NCBI GenBank assembly: GCA_045106415.1
Contig: JBGCEP010000084.1
Span: 1-19,015 of the forward strand
Origin: Oligoflexales bacterium
GTDB lineage: Bacteria; Bdellovibrionota_B; Oligoflexia; Oligoflexales; Bog-1112
Length of the DNA: 19,015 nt
Direction: 5' to 3'
Shown here: positions 16,110 through 19,015 of the stretch, piece after piece
How positions within the stretch are numbered: the first letter of the stretch is position 1
How the letters are laid out: each line of letters begins with the position of its first letter
Notes under the pieces: generated by a model
Seen by the model: the letters and a program-made list of their open reading frames with translations, nothing else
Told to the model about the DNA's origin: nothing
The model's database searches: none
Made by a program: the position numbers and the translations under genes

Positions 16110-16922
16110 ATGGAGTCTTTATATTCACTCTACAACATTTTCATTTTCATGATTATCATGTGGGTGATAAGCCTCATTAAAAAGGATGCCAGCTTAATTG
16201 ATCGTGTCTGGGGAATAAACTTTATCATTTTATACTTTAGCCAGTTTATAAATCAAGAGATACAAATGAGACAAGGTCTTGTTGGGGCTTTAGTCTTTAT
16301 TTGGGCCATGCGCCTTTCTATTCATCTTCATTTACGCAATCAATATTTAGGTGAAGATAAAAGATATGTGGCTATGCGTGAAGAACATGGTGAGAAAAAA
16401 TTTTGGTGGTATAGCTTTTTAAGTGTTTTTTCTTTTCAAGGTCTTCTATCTTTTTTCATTTCAGCCCCTCTTCTATATTTATCTCATAACCCGGGAAATC
16501 CTCACTTTTTATGGACAGATTTTCTAGGTCTTTGCTTCTGGATTATCGGTCTAACTTTTGAAGTTGTTGGCGATTGGCAATTGACTCACTTTATTAAATA
16601 TCATAAAAAACCAGGAGAAACGCTCACCACCGGATTATGGTCTTTTACTCGTCACCCTAACTACTTCGGTGATGCTTTTATCTGGATTGGATACTTCTTG
16701 TTTGCGTGTTCTTCCCCTTATGGATGGGGTACATTTTTCGGCCCTCTTATCATGTTGTATTTTTTACGATATATCAGTGGAGTCTCTTTGTTAGAAAAAG
16801 GGCTTCATAAATCTCGTAAAAAATACACCGCTGAAACATCCCATATACCTGCATGGATTCCAAATCCTATACAGATAGCACAAGCAATTCAAAAACTTTA
16901 TGAACCAAATAAGAAACCTTAA
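16110..16922 (+). CDS. DUF1295 family membrane protein (steroid 5-alpha-reductase-like)
   Basis: DASLIDRVWG, WAMRL, GEDKRY, GDWQL and GLWSFTRHPNYFGD motifs. The probable start is ATG 16110 after AAGGAG; the ORF track starts at 16074. Confidence 0.92.
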   Translation: MESLYSLYNIFIFMIIMWVISLIKKDASLIDRVWGINFIILYFSQFINQEIQMRQGLVGALVFIWAMRLSIHLHLRNQYLGEDKRYVAMREEHGEKKFWWYSFLSVFSFQGLLSFFISAPLLYLSHNPGNPHFLWTDFLGLCFWIIGLTFEVVGDWQLTHFIKYHKKPGETLTTGLWSFTRHPNYFGDAFIWIGYFLFACSSPYGWGTFFGPLIMLYFLRYISGVSLLEKGLHKSRKKYTAETSHIPAWIPNPIQIAQAIQKLYEPNKKP

Positions 16923-16935
16923 TTCTTTCAAGCTT

Positions 16936-16970
16936 TCTTGCTCTCCGCTCTAGTTAGGATGAGAGCAAGA
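16936..16970 (+). terminator. Inverted repeat downstream of DUF1295 (possible terminator or stability hairpin)
   Basis: Perfect 10-bp IR TCTTGCTCTC / GAGAGCAAGA with a 15-nt loop, followed by a pyrimidine-rich but weak U-tract. Confidence 0.5.
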
Positions 16971-17032
16971 CCTTCTCCTTCATCACCAACCCCTTAAAAA
17001 CAAAAACAAAAAAAAATACATAATCAAAATCT

Positions 17033-17060
17033 TCAAGACCATTTTTATAGATTCCGATGA
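17033..17060 (+). promoter_or_regulatory. sigma28-like promoter upstream of the TPR-PEGA gene
   Basis: TCAA (17033-17036)-N16-TCCGATGA (17053-17060), then RBS GAGG and ATG 17094. Confidence 0.45.
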
Positions 17061-17093
17061 GTTAGATGTTATCCATCTATTCGGATTAGAGGT

Positions 17094-18326
17094 ATGATCA
17101 TCCAACTATCAAATGCTATTCTAGTAATTTTGATGACATGGTCACTCTGCGCTCATGCAAGTGACTATTCCTCTGGGTATTCAAAATACATCCGTGGTGA
17201 CTTTGCAGGCGCAGAAGCAGACTTCAGAAAAGCGGCTGCGACTTCTTCATCAACGCGAAAGGCTCGTGCTCTTAAAATGCTTGGTATTTCGCATTACATG
17301 CAAGGTGAAAGAACAGCAGCAGAACAAAGTTTTAAACAAGCAAAATCTTTAGATCCAAATATTAGAATAGCTCCTTCAGAAGTCTTAGATGAATCTGTAC
17401 TTTCATTTTTTAATGGGGTTAGGTCTCCTCAAACACCACAAACAAAACCATCTCAACCAAGTTTACGGCCAACAACTATTGTACAAACACCAGAACGTAT
17501 ACCAACTTATATACGAATTATTTCTAATGTAAGAACAGCTCGATTTTTAATTAACGGACAACCTATGGGGCTTGTGAATAAGCCAACAAGAATTCGTCCA
17601 GGAGTCGTACAAGTAGAGGTTACAGCTCCTGGGTATCAAAGGTATGTTGGACCTCATAGAATCAAACCTGGCTCAGATAATGCCGTCAGAGTCACTTTGC
17701 TAAAAATTTCTACAGCTACTCCTCTTAACACTCCTAAACAAGTAGTTAAAGCAGTCAAACAAAGACAAAAAATTAAACCAAAAATTAAACCACAGCAGAA
17801 AAATATAAAAGATTTAAAAAGAAGAAAACCTAAAAGAAGAATCATACAAAAAAACATAAGAACAACTGTTTCTAAAAAAACCCCTTCCGTACATCCTCTT
17901 ATACATTTTCTACCTTTAGGAATGAATCATTTTATACAAAATCAAAATACCTTCGGTGCTGTTTTTGGGATCTCACAAGCTAGTTTTTTAGTCTATTCAT
18001 TCATTAAAAACACTGAGGGAAATCAAGTTACAGAAGAAACAGACAATACAATTTCTGAAAGAAATAATGAATTTTCTAGGATGACAGATCAAAATGCTCG
18101 CGCAGAACACCAACAAGAAACCAATGATTTTTATAACCAAAGATTAAACTATATTAATGCTATCTATCAAGAATCCAACATATCTGCTGGCATCTTCATA
18201 CTCACCTGGGGAGCAAGCTCTGCTTATAGTTATTTAAAACATGAAGAAAAAAATAAACACACAGCTATATGGATTCAACCCACAACATCACATGTCATTG
18301 CACTTCATACACAATGGGAATTTTAA
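17094..18326 (+). CDS. Secreted TPR + PEGA-domain protein with basic linker and C-terminal hydrophobic hairpin
   Basis: Signal peptide (..CAHA), TPR helices (ALKMLGISHYMQG..AEQSFKQAKSLDP), a P/Q/T linker and PEGA-like IISNVRTARFLING..VEVTAPGYQ. A K/R-rich linker precedes the FLPLGMNHF..TM region. Confidence 0.8.
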   Translation: MIIQLSNAILVILMTWSLCAHASDYSSGYSKYIRGDFAGAEADFRKAAATSSSTRKARALKMLGISHYMQGERTAAEQSFKQAKSLDPNIRIAPSEVLDESVLSFFNGVRSPQTPQTKPSQPSLRPTTIVQTPERIPTYIRIISNVRTARFLINGQPMGLVNKPTRIRPGVVQVEVTAPGYQRYVGPHRIKPGSDNAVRVTLLKISTATPLNTPKQVVKAVKQRQKIKPKIKPQQKNIKDLKRRKPKRRIIQKNIRTTVSKKTPSVHPLIHFLPLGMNHFIQNQNTFGAVFGISQASFLVYSFIKNTEGNQVTEETDNTISERNNEFSRMTDQNARAEHQQETNDFYNQRLNYINAIYQESNISAGIFILTWGASSAYSYLKHEEKNKHTAIWIQPTTSHVIALHTQWEF

Positions 18327-18385
18327 AAAAATTAGACAGAGCATAAAATTTAATTTAAAAAATCTATAAAAATAGATATTACAAG

Positions 18386-19015
18386 GAGTTACGCCAGAAA
18401 GTTGTGGATTGAAAAAGTATGACGACCTATTCTCGTTGTTAACAAACAACAACAAAGGGCTCGCCAAAGCCCAACAAGAACGAGGTCGTCATGTTAAAGC
18501 TTTTATCAGAATCATCCAGCCAAGAACAAGGTCTTCTTTTCTTATCACTTGATGAGATAGCGCGATCAGGTGCCAGACAGCTTCTGTCAAAGGCTCTCGA
18601 GCTAGAGGTTGAGGAGTATATCACTCGCCACAACGACTCAAAAGACAGCGATGGCAACAGGTTCGTTGTGAGAAATGGAAAAGGCAAAGCTCGCAAAATC
18701 ACAACAGGAGCCGGCACAATCGATGTTCAAGCTCCTCGCATCAATGATAAGAGAGAAGGTTCAAAGTTTACGTCACATATTCTTCCTCCATATCTTAGAA
18801 AATCAAGAAATGTTGAATCGATTCTTCCCTTGTTATACCTCAAGGGCCTTTCTGGAAATGCTTTCCAAGAGTCGCTATGTGGCTTGCTTGGCAGTGATGT
18901 CGGAGGCCTCTCCTCAAGCTCCATATCAGCTCTGAAAAAGAGCTGGAGAGCTGATATGGAGCAATGGAGATCACGTGCTATTGAAGACGATTTTGTTTAT
19001 GTCTGGGCCGATGGG
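18386..19015 (+). mobile_element. Left part of an IS256-family insertion sequence
   Basis: Candidate left IR GAGTTACGCCAGAAAGTTGTGGAT (18386-18409) lies about 100 bp upstream of the transposase. GC content rises abruptly from the AT-rich flank. The exact boundary is inferred. Confidence 0.8.
18491..19015 (+). CDS. IS256-family (Mutator-like) transposase, N-terminal part (truncated by window end)
   Basis: RBS GAGG and ATG 18491: MLKLLSES...LELEVEEY...VVRNG...TTGAGTIDVQAPRIND...FTSHILPPYLRKS...LYLKGLS...FVYVWADG. The frame is open to the window end, and WADG contains the first catalytic Asp. Confidence 0.95.
   Translation, partial: MLKLLSESSSQEQGLLFLSLDEIARSGARQLLSKALELEVEEYITRHNDSKDSDGNRFVVRNGKGKARKITTGAGTIDVQAPRINDKREGSKFTSHILPPYLRKSRNVESILPLLYLKGLSGNAFQESLCGLLGSDVGGLSSSSISALKKSWRADMEQWRSRAIEDDFVYVWADG

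Noticed and set aside
673..17857. Short alternative-frame or antisense ORFs in the track (e.g. 673-900, 2855-3187, 5219-5467, 5486-5800, 5502-5822, 11265-11540, 11601-11903, 13866-14174, 17654-17857)
   Set aside because: They overlap well-supported genes, lack motifs, and are typical shadow ORFs.
18439..18935. ORFs 18439-18717(-), 18675-18935(+) and 18727-18924(-)
   Set aside because: They are shadows of the IS256 transposase frame starting at 18491, which the track missed because it has no stop within the window.
1..19015. Composite transposon carrying the cytochrome cluster
   Set aside because: The flanking IS elements belong to different families (IS630 and IS256), with no shared IRs or visible common target duplication.

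Overview
AT-rich bacterial window bounded by two truncated IS transposases: the 3' end of an IS630-family gene on the left and the 5' half of an IS256-family gene on the right. Neither is in the ORF track. The core is a five-gene minus-strand cluster (12384->5766) that reads as a complete trans-envelope electron conduit. It encodes a ferric-reductase/NOX-like di-heme cytochrome b membrane protein; a membrane-anchored ferredoxin fused to a circularly permuted, CxxC-less thioredoxin-reductase-fold NAD(P)H flavoprotein; a 4-heme c lipoprotein; a probable outer-membrane beta-barrel; and a translationally coupled, very basic 30-heme c cytochrome built of ten tri-heme modules. An acidic monoheme c lipoprotein converges on this cluster. 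Flanking genes encode a large lipoprotein, a PAP2-like protein, a secreted rhodanese, a DCC/DUF393 protein, a Fluc/CrcB lacking both Phe-box residues, a BamE-like lipoprotein, DUF1499, a formyltransferase, FapA/DUF342, DUF1295 and a TPR-PEGA protein. Four sigma28 (FliA)-like promoter motifs are present. A Bdellovibrionota/Oligoflexia-like host is an unverified inference from gene content. All family calls come from motif recognition by eye; no searches were run.
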